A DNA stretch of 63,998 nucleotides, filler included, from Asterionella formosa (Eukaryota), in the NCBI GenBank assembly GCA_002256025.1. It is 10 parts of 10 records of this genome, joined end to end, with 100 filler letters (N's around TTAATTAATTAA, not from the genome) between each part and the next. Parts side by side here need not be neighbours in the genome. Positions count along the whole stretch, not along the records: positions 45,312 to 51,675 come from NKIB01012728.1; positions 51,776 to 58,138 come from NKIB01012729.1; positions 58,239 to 63,998 come from NKIB01012927.1; 7 more parts are not named here. The stretch is one strand, 5' to 3'. The notes under the pieces were generated by a model, which saw only the letters and a program-made list of their open reading frames with translations, was not told the origin of the DNA and did not search any database. Below, one piece after another: positions 50,912-61,429 of the stretch (the first letter of the stretch is position 1; each line of letters begins with the position of its first letter). Position numbers and translations under genes: made by a program.

Positions 50912-51324
50912 TGATTAGAAACCAAGACCCAAAACATCTCGTCATTTATTGACAAATGACTGGAGATGTTTACTTATTGACAAATGACCGGACTGGAGAT
51001 GTTTACTTATTGACAAATGACTGGAGATGTTACTTATTGACAAGTGAATCAGATGCTCACTTATTGTCAAAAGAATAAGTGCTGCTCACTTATTGTCAAA
51101 TGAATATGCTTACTTATTGTCAAAGTAAGCAAGATCATTTTGACGGGATCAAGGAAAGTGTGAGAAGTCTTGTTCGGGATTACATGAGTAATCAGGCAAG
51201 AACAAGACTAGATAGACTATTAACAGAAAGCTCACAATATTACAAAGTGTAAAGTGAAAATACGTTTTCAGCTTTAGAGATCTTAAAAGTAAGATCTGTG
51301 ATATTTCAACTAGACAATTTAACA
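50912..51324 (+). mobile_element. Putative Copia 5' LTR with internal ~25-30-bp tandem repeats (left boundary uncertain)
   Basis: Ends ...tttAACA 31 nt before the gag ATG. About seven cttattg(a/t)caa units at 50935-51125. Confidence 0.55.
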
Positions 51325-51355
51325 CGTTTTAAAACGAACCTACAGGTCTAGAGAC

Positions 51356-51675
51356 ATGGTTACGGCCGATGAGAAATCAGGTGAGACTGTTCGCTTGATC
51401 AAGTTTGATGGAAGCGAAGCTGCTTGGCATGAGTGGAGTATCAAGACTCTTCAGCTTGCGAAATCTAAAGGTTTTAGGCATGTTTATGCCAAAGACACGA
51501 AGCCAATCGACGATGATGCCTATTTGGTGTCTACTGATGATGACGAGAAGAAGAAGTATGAGTTGAATGACAAGGCATATCAGCTATTGATTCTTAGTGT
51601 CAGTGGGATTGCATTTGGGATTGTGAATTCTGCCAAGACAGATGATTTGATGGATGGAGATGCTTTTCTTGCCTG
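51356..51675 (+). mobile_element. Copia gag N-terminus, truncated by contig end
   Basis: RLIKFDGSEAAWHEWSIK...NDKAYQLLILSV.G.AFGIV..AKT....GDA.LAW. Confidence 0.85.
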
Positions 51676-51775
51676 NNNNNNNNNNNNNNNNNNNNNNNNN
51701 NNNNNNNNNNNNNNNNNNNTTAATTAATTAANNNNNNNNNNNNNNNNNNNNNNNNNNNNNNNNNNNNNNNNNNNN
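51676..51775. other. Artificial contig spacer
   Basis: N44-TTAATTAATTAA-N44. Confidence 0.98.
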
Positions 51776-52272
51776 AATACTAAAAATTTTCGAATTCTTT
51801 TATCAACTAACTCTTGTTGATTGTTCATAAATTTCCTTTAGCAGGAAGCATTCATGATACCTTCTTAGAAAATCGCATAGGCAGCAAGATTGGAGGACAA
51901 ATAGATAAGCAAAATACTATTGCTTCAAATGAATGACAATTACGTTTTAAAGAGTTGACCTACTACTACCTACCGGTATACCCGTCTTCTATGGGTGAAC
52001 GCTCCTCCGTTTAGTGGCCTTTTTTATACCAGTACCGGTAGTGATTTACATTTAAATTTTACTCGTGTGACGTGTGTGTTTGACTACTCTGACTTGATTT
52101 GTTTTAAACCTACCTCTAATCCATGTAGGGTCATTTTCATACATTTGCTTACCGTATGTTGATTTGACAACTGCTTTTGGCAAGAATGATCAAAAGGTCG
52201 TCAGTTCGCATACCGGTATACCGGTATACTCTATTGTATAGTGCAAGCGGTTGTCATTTTGTATAGGATAGA

Positions 52273-52947
52273 ATGCAATCGATCGTGATCGTCTCTGCAT
52301 TGCTTGTCACTGCGTCGTGGGCTTTCCTTTCACACAAGACTACGCCCTCACATTATCGATATCCACTGATACTCGCTGCGAACGATGGAGATATATTTCG
52401 AGCCGCCACTGGGATCCGACCTTCGCTCCATCCCATCACTATCAATGCTATTTCCGAAGCTCTAAAGTTGCGCTCCGCTAATGATACTGAATATCCTATG
52501 CGCGTTTCGGATACCGTCAAGCCAATTGATGTAGCGGTAGCCTCCGGTCGATTGGCAGCGTTGGCGTTGGACCAACGGCAAAAGGCAAGTCAAGAAGATG
52601 GAATGACCTTGGACGATAAAGAAGAACAGACCGTGGCAGGTAGAGTTGTAGGGGTAGTTATGAGATTGGACGCATTGGAACGGGAGTTGGTAGAGAAGAC
52701 ACAATCGATTGAATGGATCAAAAAGTACAACGAATGGTCGAGTTTCGGAGTCATGGAAGATGAAACAACTGTGGAAGATCGGATACTCAAGGATCCGCTT
52801 TTTGCGTTGACTAGAGCCGAATGCCTGTTGGCCATCTTTTTGCATACTGTTGAAAAACCAACGTTGGAAAAAGTAGGACAAGAGGTGCCAGATGGAACTG
52901 TGATTAACTTTATCGATGAGGATAGGTTACAAGTCCTCGTCGGCTAG
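52273..52947 (+). CDS. Hypothetical protein, probably plastid-targeted (224 aa)
   Basis: Signal peptide ending ASWA-F followed by an S/T/basic transit-like stretch; intact helical ORF. Confidence 0.82.
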   Translation: MQSIVIVSALLVTASWAFLSHKTTPSHYRYPLILAANDGDIFRAATGIRPSLHPITINAISEALKLRSANDTEYPMRVSDTVKPIDVAVASGRLAALALDQRQKASQEDGMTLDDKEEQTVAGRVVGVVMRLDALERELVEKTQSIEWIKKYNEWSSFGVMEDETTVEDRILKDPLFALTRAECLLAIFLHTVEKPTLEKVGQEVPDGTVINFIDEDRLQVLVG

Positions 52948-54203
52948 GCCAATTGGAAGTTCAATTTCTCGCAGGCCAAGACTGATGGATGCATAGGTAC
53001 TAGTTTTTACAGGCAACTCGACAACTTAGTACCAGTAGCATCTCCTTGGGCATGGAAACAGATATCATAGACACACTCTGAAAATCCGCGAACAAGGAAC
53101 ATAAATTGAGTTCCTTATAATAGCTTTTCGGCTAAAGAGCTCAGTAAGTTTGCCAGTACCTGGCAAATCAGAAAGAGTTAATTAAATGCTTTTCATACCT
53201 CGTTTCTATCCAGACTAGCCCTCATTTTTTCGAAAGGAAGATACTAGTCATGCCTGTACTGGTGGTGTTTGACGGGAACAGGTAGTCGGAGTACCAGTTA
53301 CCGGAACACTACGGTATCTCACACTGTAGGATAGTGGAACGACGCACGACGAAGGAAAAATGAAAAGCCAATCATTGATAATGATGAATGAGACACCGGT
53401 GTAGTACATCGATGGTCGCCCGCATCCATTATGGGTTATATACATTACTTTGTCGCCAATCGACAAGGGTCTCGGTTTGTGATAATAGGTCCAAGGAAGT
53501 GAAGCGACAATCTGACAACGCCAGGGTGGTAACGCTCGCCTTCGTGATATAGGAAAGCAATCATCATGAAAATCTACTTTCCCTCCAATAACGAAGCGCT
53601 TCTCTTTGGCCAGCACCGACTAGCTCAGAATTGTTTCGTCTCACTCCAGCCAGAGGTGAAGAATAACCCCCCTGCCGAACTATGGATTGTCCTGGGATCT
53701 TTGGAAACTACACTGGGCAACAATATGTTTCAATACGCGACCAATGTTAGAATTATGGCAAAATATGAAGGGTCGAATCCATTGAGAGCTTGCGTTCGCC
53801 CGGATTCACCATTGACCTTATTAGAGGAGCCAATGATTGGTCCACTACTTCTCCTGATGACACAATGCTCTGATTGTTGTCATAAAATCCATTGAAGAAA
53901 TTCCTGAGTGGGGGATATGCCACATATCAAGATTTTGTAATGCCTCTCTGCGTTGGAGACTTGTGCGCATTTTAAATCAAGGGGTACTTTCAGAGATACA
54001 AATATTTTGATGACTGTTTGTTCGCAAACAATCCGCAAGGAGGCCTTCCAATTCAAACCAGATATTCACTACAAACACGCCTTTGTCATGATGAAACATA
54101 AAGAAAAATGCGGGAAAGGTGAAGTTGAAGGATCATTATCTGCCCACGCGGGTAGCGTTGGATGGATAAAAGGTACAGTGTAGTATCCTGTTTCTGGACC
54201 TAG

Positions 54204-55736
54204 TTAAGGGTTGCATTGTATATCTGTTTGCAGTGGTCCTGTCGTACACGTAGTGACGTCGGTGTGGCCTTCTTCTTGGGACAATGCCACATCTATTGGT
54301 GCCATTTCGTCATTCATCGTCGCAGTGTCTTGCTCCTTGACAGAGGCAACTGCATCATCAAAGCTCCCAATCATACAACAGCTTCCGAGCGCGAAAACAA
54401 AGAATATCGACAAGGACACCAAAATCCAACGTTGCTGTACCCCTGCTTCATTGAGTAATGTAAACACAAGAGGAGGAATCCATGCAAGGAAAGTTCGTGT
54501 AAATAGGAACATCCCCATGAGCTCAGCATCTTGTCCTTTTGGAATAAGAGTGGAAGAAAGCATTTCATTGCAACTACGTGTCCAGCCAAATCCCATGCCC
54601 CACCCACTGGCGACAATATATGCACCGATTCGTTGATCTGGTCCTATTAAAAATACTCCTCCAAGAACATTGGTTGTTACCAAGAGAACCAATCCCATCA
54701 TTGTAGTTATGATGGGATTGCCAAAGCGATCATTGAGCCAACCAGCAATAAGGGATCCGGGGATACTGGAAATTAAAGTAATCATGATAACGACTCCGTT
54801 GTCAGTAGACGTAAAATCTAGTGTATCCGTAAAGAAGGTAATGACAACTGCAGCAAGTGATTCTAACATGGCGTCAGTGAAGGCATTTTGAATATAGAAC
54901 CACTTCAAGGCCCTGTGATGTTCAACAATAATTTTTGCAGTGTGAAACACTTGCCGAAAGCCTGCCGTTAATATAGAGCGGTCTTCTGACAATGTATGCG
55001 ACGCAGGTCTCGGTTGAAATAGCCGAGCATATGCAAAGAATAACATCACAACCAGAACGACAGAGGCCGTGGCCTGACTGATTTGAGCTGAAACAATGTC
55101 GTCGCCTGAAAGCCCAGAACAGGAGAAAAGCGCAATCATAATAACCAAGTAAAGGACCATGGTTCCAAACTGAATCGCATTAAAACTCGCAACGTACTTG
55201 TTCAATAGTGCCTTGTCGTCAGTGAGCTCTGGCAAATATGAATACTTGATGAGAGTCAGTCCCCAGCCAACAAAGCCTTGCAGAACTTGCACGATTGCAA
55301 GGAGCAGGAACACCCACTCGTTGCTGCTAATAAAAATGGTAGGGATCGTCAGCGCACATGAAATCAATGCTAGAACCCGACCAACGAGGAGTCGGTGCGG
55401 TGTGTAGTCAATAATGGCTCCTATCACCGGCATGAAAAGCGTCGCGAGCACTCCGATCACAACGGAATAGGAAGTCAGTAACGATGATGGCCTGAGTCCA
55501 AAGATCCGACCCTCGCACTCTTGTGCGGCGGGTGTGGTGTCGCACCCTGCGATATCCTTGGCCACAGTCAAGAGCGCAGTAGAAAGAAAGGCGCCGACGG
55601 AAATCCATTGAACGGAACGTCCTACAGTATCCAGGGCCCATGCGAGCGCTTCGCGATTGCCTTGGAACAGCAGTCGTCCACAACATCGAGGAGGGGCGAG
55701 AGCGTTCGCATCTTCGCATGTAATTGGTCCTATCAT
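54204..55736 (-). CDS. MFS transporter, Atg22/UMF1-like (510 aa)
   Basis: About 12 hydrophobic segments; EALAWALD, PVIGAIIDYTPHR, YSYLPEL, LIPKGQDAELMG motifs. Confidence 0.88.
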   Translation of the reverse strand: MIGPITCEDANALAPPRCCGRLLFQGNREALAWALDTVGRSVQWISVGAFLSTALLTVAKDIAGCDTTPAAQECEGRIFGLRPSSLLTSYSVVIGVLATLFMPVIGAIIDYTPHRLLVGRVLALISCALTIPTIFISSNEWVFLLLAIVQVLQGFVGWGLTLIKYSYLPELTDDKALLNKYVASFNAIQFGTMVLYLVIMIALFSCSGLSGDDIVSAQISQATASVVLVVMLFFAYARLFQPRPASHTLSEDRSILTAGFRQVFHTAKIIVEHHRALKWFYIQNAFTDAMLESLAAVVITFFTDTLDFTSTDNGVVIMITLISSIPGSLIAGWLNDRFGNPIITTMMGLVLLVTTNVLGGVFLIGPDQRIGAYIVASGWGMGFGWTRSCNEMLSSTLIPKGQDAELMGMFLFTRTFLAWIPPLVFTLLNEAGVQQRWILVSLSIFFVFALGSCCMIGSFDDAVASVKEQDTATMNDEMAPIDVALSQEEGHTDVTTCTTGPLQTDIQCNP

Positions 55737-56499
55737 GATCTTAGAATTGGGGACATTGCAGCATCATAAGCAGTATGAAAAATAATTGAACTATACCGTT
55801 ACTTCCATTCTTTATGAGAGCGATGCTCGATATTTCTCAACGTCGTTTGGACACGACAATCATTACGAAATCACCACTAAACATGTGAGTATGGCGAGCC
55901 CTCCCTTGGTGCTATGGAAAGCAATGAATACCTATAGATTCTGACGTACAAACAACAGGCAATTTGACCACTCTGGTATTTTTGTGATTTGATTGATGTA
56001 TTATTACCAGGTACATCTACAAGTACTGGCATGCAAGTACAATCACAATAAATCTTGCTTTTTTAAAAAAACGGAAAAATCAAAGAAAGGGGTAATCCGT
56101 GTTCAACATGGTATATAAAGTTATATACAATTATAAATAAAAAAGTAAGTACTCCTTTGACCCATAACCGGTAGGCCGTTGCTAACCGTTGACCCAAACC
56201 AAAACCCAAAAACTTATTTTTGGATTGGTTTTGGTTTTGGTCAAATGACGCAAAAACGATGCTATCGGTTTTTGGGAAATCCTAAATGTTGTCAACCACC
56301 CATCTACTGTGACGCAGGATGACAAAACCATTATAAAAAAAGTAAAATATTTCTATTAGACTACTTTTATAAATGAAATATTATGATTCCTATTTGGGAA
56401 TTAGTTAGTTTTCCCCGCAATTTACCGGTATCACCCGCACCCTTCTTGACAAGTTATTGAATTCAGGAACAAAGAGGATTCAAGGAATGGCATCAATCT

Positions 56500-56800
56500 C
56501 GATCAGATGGGTCGCCAACAGAAGGAATCGGCGCTATGGGCAATCGCGCAAAATAAAAGGTATAAAGCAGGACTTCTTGTGGCGGCTGGACGCTTTAAAC
56601 TGGGAATGGAAGCACTGGATGATATGACTAGGATGAAAAGAGGAGCAGAGGAGAAGGAGAGTGAGAAAGCGAATAAGAAAGTTATGAACTACACAGCAAC
56701 ATTGCTTGAACAAGGTGCAAGCGATCAGTGCGCTTAACAAACAGGAACACGAATGCACCTTTTCGCAAACAAAAACAATGGTGTCTTGGTACAAACAAAT
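56500..56800 (+). mobile_element. Possible DNA-transposase C-terminal remnant
   Basis: KAGLLVAAGRFKLG followed by a charged coiled coil. Preceded by inverted ccaaaacc/ggttttgg repeats at ~56190-56245. Confidence 0.3.
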
Positions 56801-56819
56801 TGGCGATGCTTGATGTCTG

Positions 56820-57460
56820 CTAGCTGCTCTAGACTAAACTCATAGTCAGTAGCATATTCTATCCCATCTTTGTAGGTCATCATAGCCAATAGAATCCTCC
56901 TCTATCGATGGCATTGCAAAGGTTGGTTCATTCCTATCAACATGGTCTGCCTAGTTTTGCTTTAATTTAAAATATATATGATGTATATGTATATATCAGT
57001 CTATATTACCTGTAAATAGTCTATTCAGGAAGCCTTCTATAAATATTGGTGTGTGGGCAACCATCTACCGGTAGTATGACACCAGTTACCTGGTGGTGGT
57101 TCCTGGTCCTCCGAGTACCAGGTAGTACTACATATAAATCTTACGTACATGGACAAATAAGATTGATTTATGATGGTGCAGTGGTTGAATTTCCCAAGAG
57201 GTTACAACAATATACGACTAATCTGAGTTGAAAATTCAACCAAAAGAAGAGGAAAAATTCAACCGCCAATGCAACCAGGTTGAAATTCTTGGAGGTCAGT
57301 ACCTAATTTTACCACGGTAAAATGTTGTCAATACTGTCAAGGTACCATCATGTCCCGAGTAGGACAATACCAGGGGTCTACAGAAAAATACAACTTGGGT
57401 TGAATTTTACCAATAACAGGGTGGTACATGCAAAAAATTCAACCCCCAGTGCAACCTTTT
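56820..57460 (-). mobile_element. Terminal region of the Crypton-like family, inverted copy of 3436-3910 extending ~200 bp further
   Basis: Clear reverse-complement similarity; repeated GGTTGAA(A)TT/AATTCAACC motifs. Confidence 0.75.
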
Positions 57461-58138
57461 AAGACCGTAGTGAAAGCTAGTGTACTAGCAGTCAACTAGC
57501 ACTGTGTACAAAGGTAAACTACAAGCTACCCTGGTACCAGTATTCTAGCGATACAGAATGTAGCATGGATGTATATTCTATGATGTCTTGGTAACACTTG
57601 CGTACATATTTTATCGTATTTTATTATCATTGTATTATTTTAACATAATCATATTTTGATCAAAATTATATCATAAACATTTTATAAAATCATCATAATT
57701 TTATCATCAGTGTATCATAGTAGTTCTGTGATGTACTTTATTCAATATTACGTATCATACTTTGGTGATGTATGAATCGATGTAACCTTATCATGATATC
57801 ACAGTATCATCTTATCAATCATGATGAGATGATTGGGAAGCAACTGTATTCTGCATCGTGCCACAGGGTATATTATTATATCACGCAATTTAGTAGGGAA
57901 GTCACTCCGCCTGTAATGTACTAAAGTCGACAGTGCACATGCTGGTACTCACACGCTAATCAGGTTTGAGGCAACGGACAGTGGTTCCAACGAGCGAATG
58001 ATGATACCACGGGTACCAATTTTTCCAACGAAAGAACTTGTCTCTCTATTGATGAGGATGACACGGACACCGACTTTTCCAGGAGCAAACAACAATGAAG
58101 AGACCCACTTCGTCTGCGTCGCTCTATTGATGGTAACA

Positions 58139-58238
58139 NNNNNNNNNNNNNNNNNNNNNNNNNNNNNNNNNNNNNNNNNNNNTTAATTAATTAANNNNNN
58201 NNNNNNNNNNNNNNNNNNNNNNNNNNNNNNNNNNNNNN
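58139..58238. other. Artificial contig spacer
   Basis: N44-TTAATTAATTAA-N44. Confidence 0.98.
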
Positions 58239-59869
58239 GAGGAGACTGCCTGCGAGTATTCTTTTTATGTTCGAGGCTTGGGAGGTGTGAGTAGGTTGAC
58301 CTTCTTGCAGTGCCAGGGGCGCCACTCGTACGGTCAACCTGCTCGCGCCACCCAGCCTCGAACACATGTATACTCGCAGGCAAGAGACCACCTCGGGCGT
58401 GTATTGCCTTCAGCAAGTTTTAGTTCCCATGTGTTGGCTTCTTTCCGCTGCTCTACAATAGTATTGTTTCATTGCTTTATATTCACAATATTACTTTTGT
58501 TACTTCTATATAATCATCTACAATGACAACAAAACAAAAAGTCGTCAATCTCAATGAGCTATCGCAAACTCAGCAAAGCAGCCGGAACATGATGGAACCG
58601 GTGTTCTGCATATACTAGTATTCAACAAGGAAGAGAGGACAGGTATGTGCTTGTTGATTGTTGTTGTCATATTTGAGTTCCCGCCATGGTCATGCATGCT
58701 AATTATAATACATATTTCTTTCTCTTCAGAATGTTGATGAAGGCACCTGTCATGTTACCCCTCCACTTCCTGACAATGCCAACAAATCACCTCCCACTGG
58801 TCGAACCCTTGTCCAATGAGGTGAAGTATATTGCCAGTTGATTGTTATTGTTTTTCAAAAGGTATAAAATACATGCACTGACATTATTCATTTCCTTTTC
58901 TTGTTTACCCACTTTATTCGAAAGTCGCAAGAAGATTGTAAAGTCTTCAGGATGCCAAAAATGTCGGCAACATATCTCGCCAGCACCAACAAAATATCAT
59001 TCCATTGCTCCCTGTCATCCTACTCAAACTTGTCCTCCTAAAGTTACAAAGCCACAAACGCCCACATCAGCCAGTAAATTTTTCGATGCATCCTGCTCCT
59101 CCTCCTGCCGGATACTACCAGCAGCCTGCACCCCCAGCACCAAACCTCCACTATCAACAAGCTGTTGCTCTTCCACCACCTCCACCACCACAACTCGAAA
59201 TCAAACCAGAAACCACTCTCTCCAAACCTATTCATGCATCGGTTTCTACTGCTCCAGGCCCGATCTGAACGTTTCTGAAATTTCGTTGCGACGACAAAAA
59301 GTGTGAGATGACATTTTTTAATGAAAATGCGTAGAAAATTTTTCACCCATTTTCTTTTTCACTTTTTATTCTACTCCCTGCTTGTGGTTTTCACGTCTTA
59401 CCTTTCGATTTCCATTTCATAATTTTGTTGCTTAACAACATCGTGTCGAAAATTTCGATGCTAGCTTGTTGCAATCATTCTTGTGTGAATATTTTTCATG
59501 CATATACCAGGGATTTTCGGGTGTCCATGCATTTTTGATGTGTCGAAACTTTTTCCCATGAAAATTTTACTACCGTTAATTACGTTGCTCGATGGTCCCT
59601 GCTCAAACCTAAAATTGGACTGCCGAAAAATCCCAAAAGTTTCTTAAACACCCACAGTTCTCATCGAAAAGCAAGACGATAGCTAGGGTGGGGATTGCTG
59701 AAGGCAATTCCTGCTCCAGCGATTGTCTTGCCATTCGGGTAGTTATAAGTAATTTTTAGGCTCTAAGTAATTGACCGTACGAGTGGCGCCCCTGGCACTG
59801 CAAGAAGGTCAACCTACTCACACCTCCCAAGCCTCGAACATAAAAAGAATACTCGCAGGCAGTCTCCTC
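58239..59869. repeat. 99-bp inverted repeat pair (58239-58337 and 59771-59869)
   Basis: The two arms are exact reverse complements by eye. Confidence 0.9.
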
Positions 59870-59891
59870 CCTCAGTTGTGTCTTACCTTCA

Positions 59892-61231
59892 GCAATTCCC
59901 ACTCCAGCGATTGTCTTGCCATTCGGGTAGTTATAAGTAATTTTTAGGCTCTAAGTAATTTCTTAAGTAATTATTATTTAGGGGCAATATGGGGCAAATC
60001 GAGTTTTTCGGCATTAAAATTGCCGATTTTTAGCATGACAACCAGAATAACGGTTATATGCATGGAGATGGTACAACAAGCGTAAAACACACAAGAATGA
60101 TTGTAACAACATGCAACATCAATGAAAATTAAACATGATTTTTGGAGCAACCAAAGTATGAAATGCGATGTAATAAGTTGCATCAAATAAGAAATAGAAA
60201 AAATTGTTTTGGGTTAGAAATGAAGTGAAAAATAGGAGTTTCAATGGAGACATATGCATTGTGACATTGTAGTACTTACACAGGCAATTGAATTTCCATC
60301 ACCACACAATCAGAGACCGAAATAAGAAGGAAAAAAGCTGAATCCAATTTAGACCTGCATCGTCATGTAGCGTAGATGATCTGGTTGCTGCAACCATGCA
60401 CATCGCTGTAGTAGCCTGACCCAAGTTGCTTGCAGTCCTTTGGCCCACAGTCGCTCCTCCCACCAAACAACCCTGATCATCATTCCATTCCAATCCATTC
60501 TGATTGAGTATGATTGCCAGGCTGCTCCAGCACTATCGACTCCCTCTAGCTGAATATACGTAGGTTGTGAATCATTGTAGTACTTACACAGGTAACATTG
60601 CTTGACTTTCCATCACCACACAATCGAAGACCGAAAGAACAAGAAGAAAAAAAGCTGAACCCAATTTAGACCTGCATCGTTATGTAGTGTAAATGGTCTG
60701 GTTGTTGCAACCATGCGCATCGCTGTAGTAGCCTGACACCAGTAGCAGTATTTTCGCCACAGTCATCATTCCTCCAGCCACCAAACAAGCAACCCTGATC
60801 ATTCCCTTCTGAGCAAGCGTGATCACCACACTGCACCAGCACTATTGACTCTCTCTAGCTGAGTATTTATGTAGCTTGTGATACGAACTCGTAGTAGAAA
60901 TGTAGCAAAGTGCGTTAGTACAAGAAAAGCATTGCTTGGCAGCAATATTGACATCATGGTAAACAACTATACACATCAACAAATACAATCAACAACAATT
61001 TGTCGTCAAACAAGAGTAGTCATCGATAAATACATTGGCTCTTATGAAGATAAATACAATCGAAACAAAACGACAGTGTGGAACGACAAACGACGATGGA
61101 AGCGATCAAAACGGACCATGGAAGCAATCAAATCGGAAAGTCGATAAATACGATCTACAATCCACATTCAGTGTTTCACTGTTGTACTTACCGATCCGCT
61201 TCAACTAGCATAACAAGCAGCAGACGATGGG
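59892..61231 (+). repeat. Copy of the 18321-19340 repeat with an internal ~300-bp tandem duplication
   Basis: The block starting tgtagtacttacacagg occurs at ~60268 and ~60576 here, but once in the 18.3-kb copy. Confidence 0.85.
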
Positions 61232-61429
61232 CTCATAAGAAAGTCGAAAGTTCCTGTTGCAAGCCCAAATTGAGCAATGGAAGGCAGGATAGAGTGAGAA
61301 TTAAAATTGTGAGGACGAAATTGGGCATTCGGTATAAAATCAATCAATATGTGAAAGAAACAATTTAACATTTCAGGTCTCGTAAAGATAATACCGAGTC
61401 TACAGCGATTATATTATAACGTGTTCAAA

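Noticed and set aside
50935..51125. CRISPR-like short repeats (cttattgacaaatgactggagatg)
   Set aside because: No unique spacers and no cas genes; these are tandem repeats inside a putative LTR.
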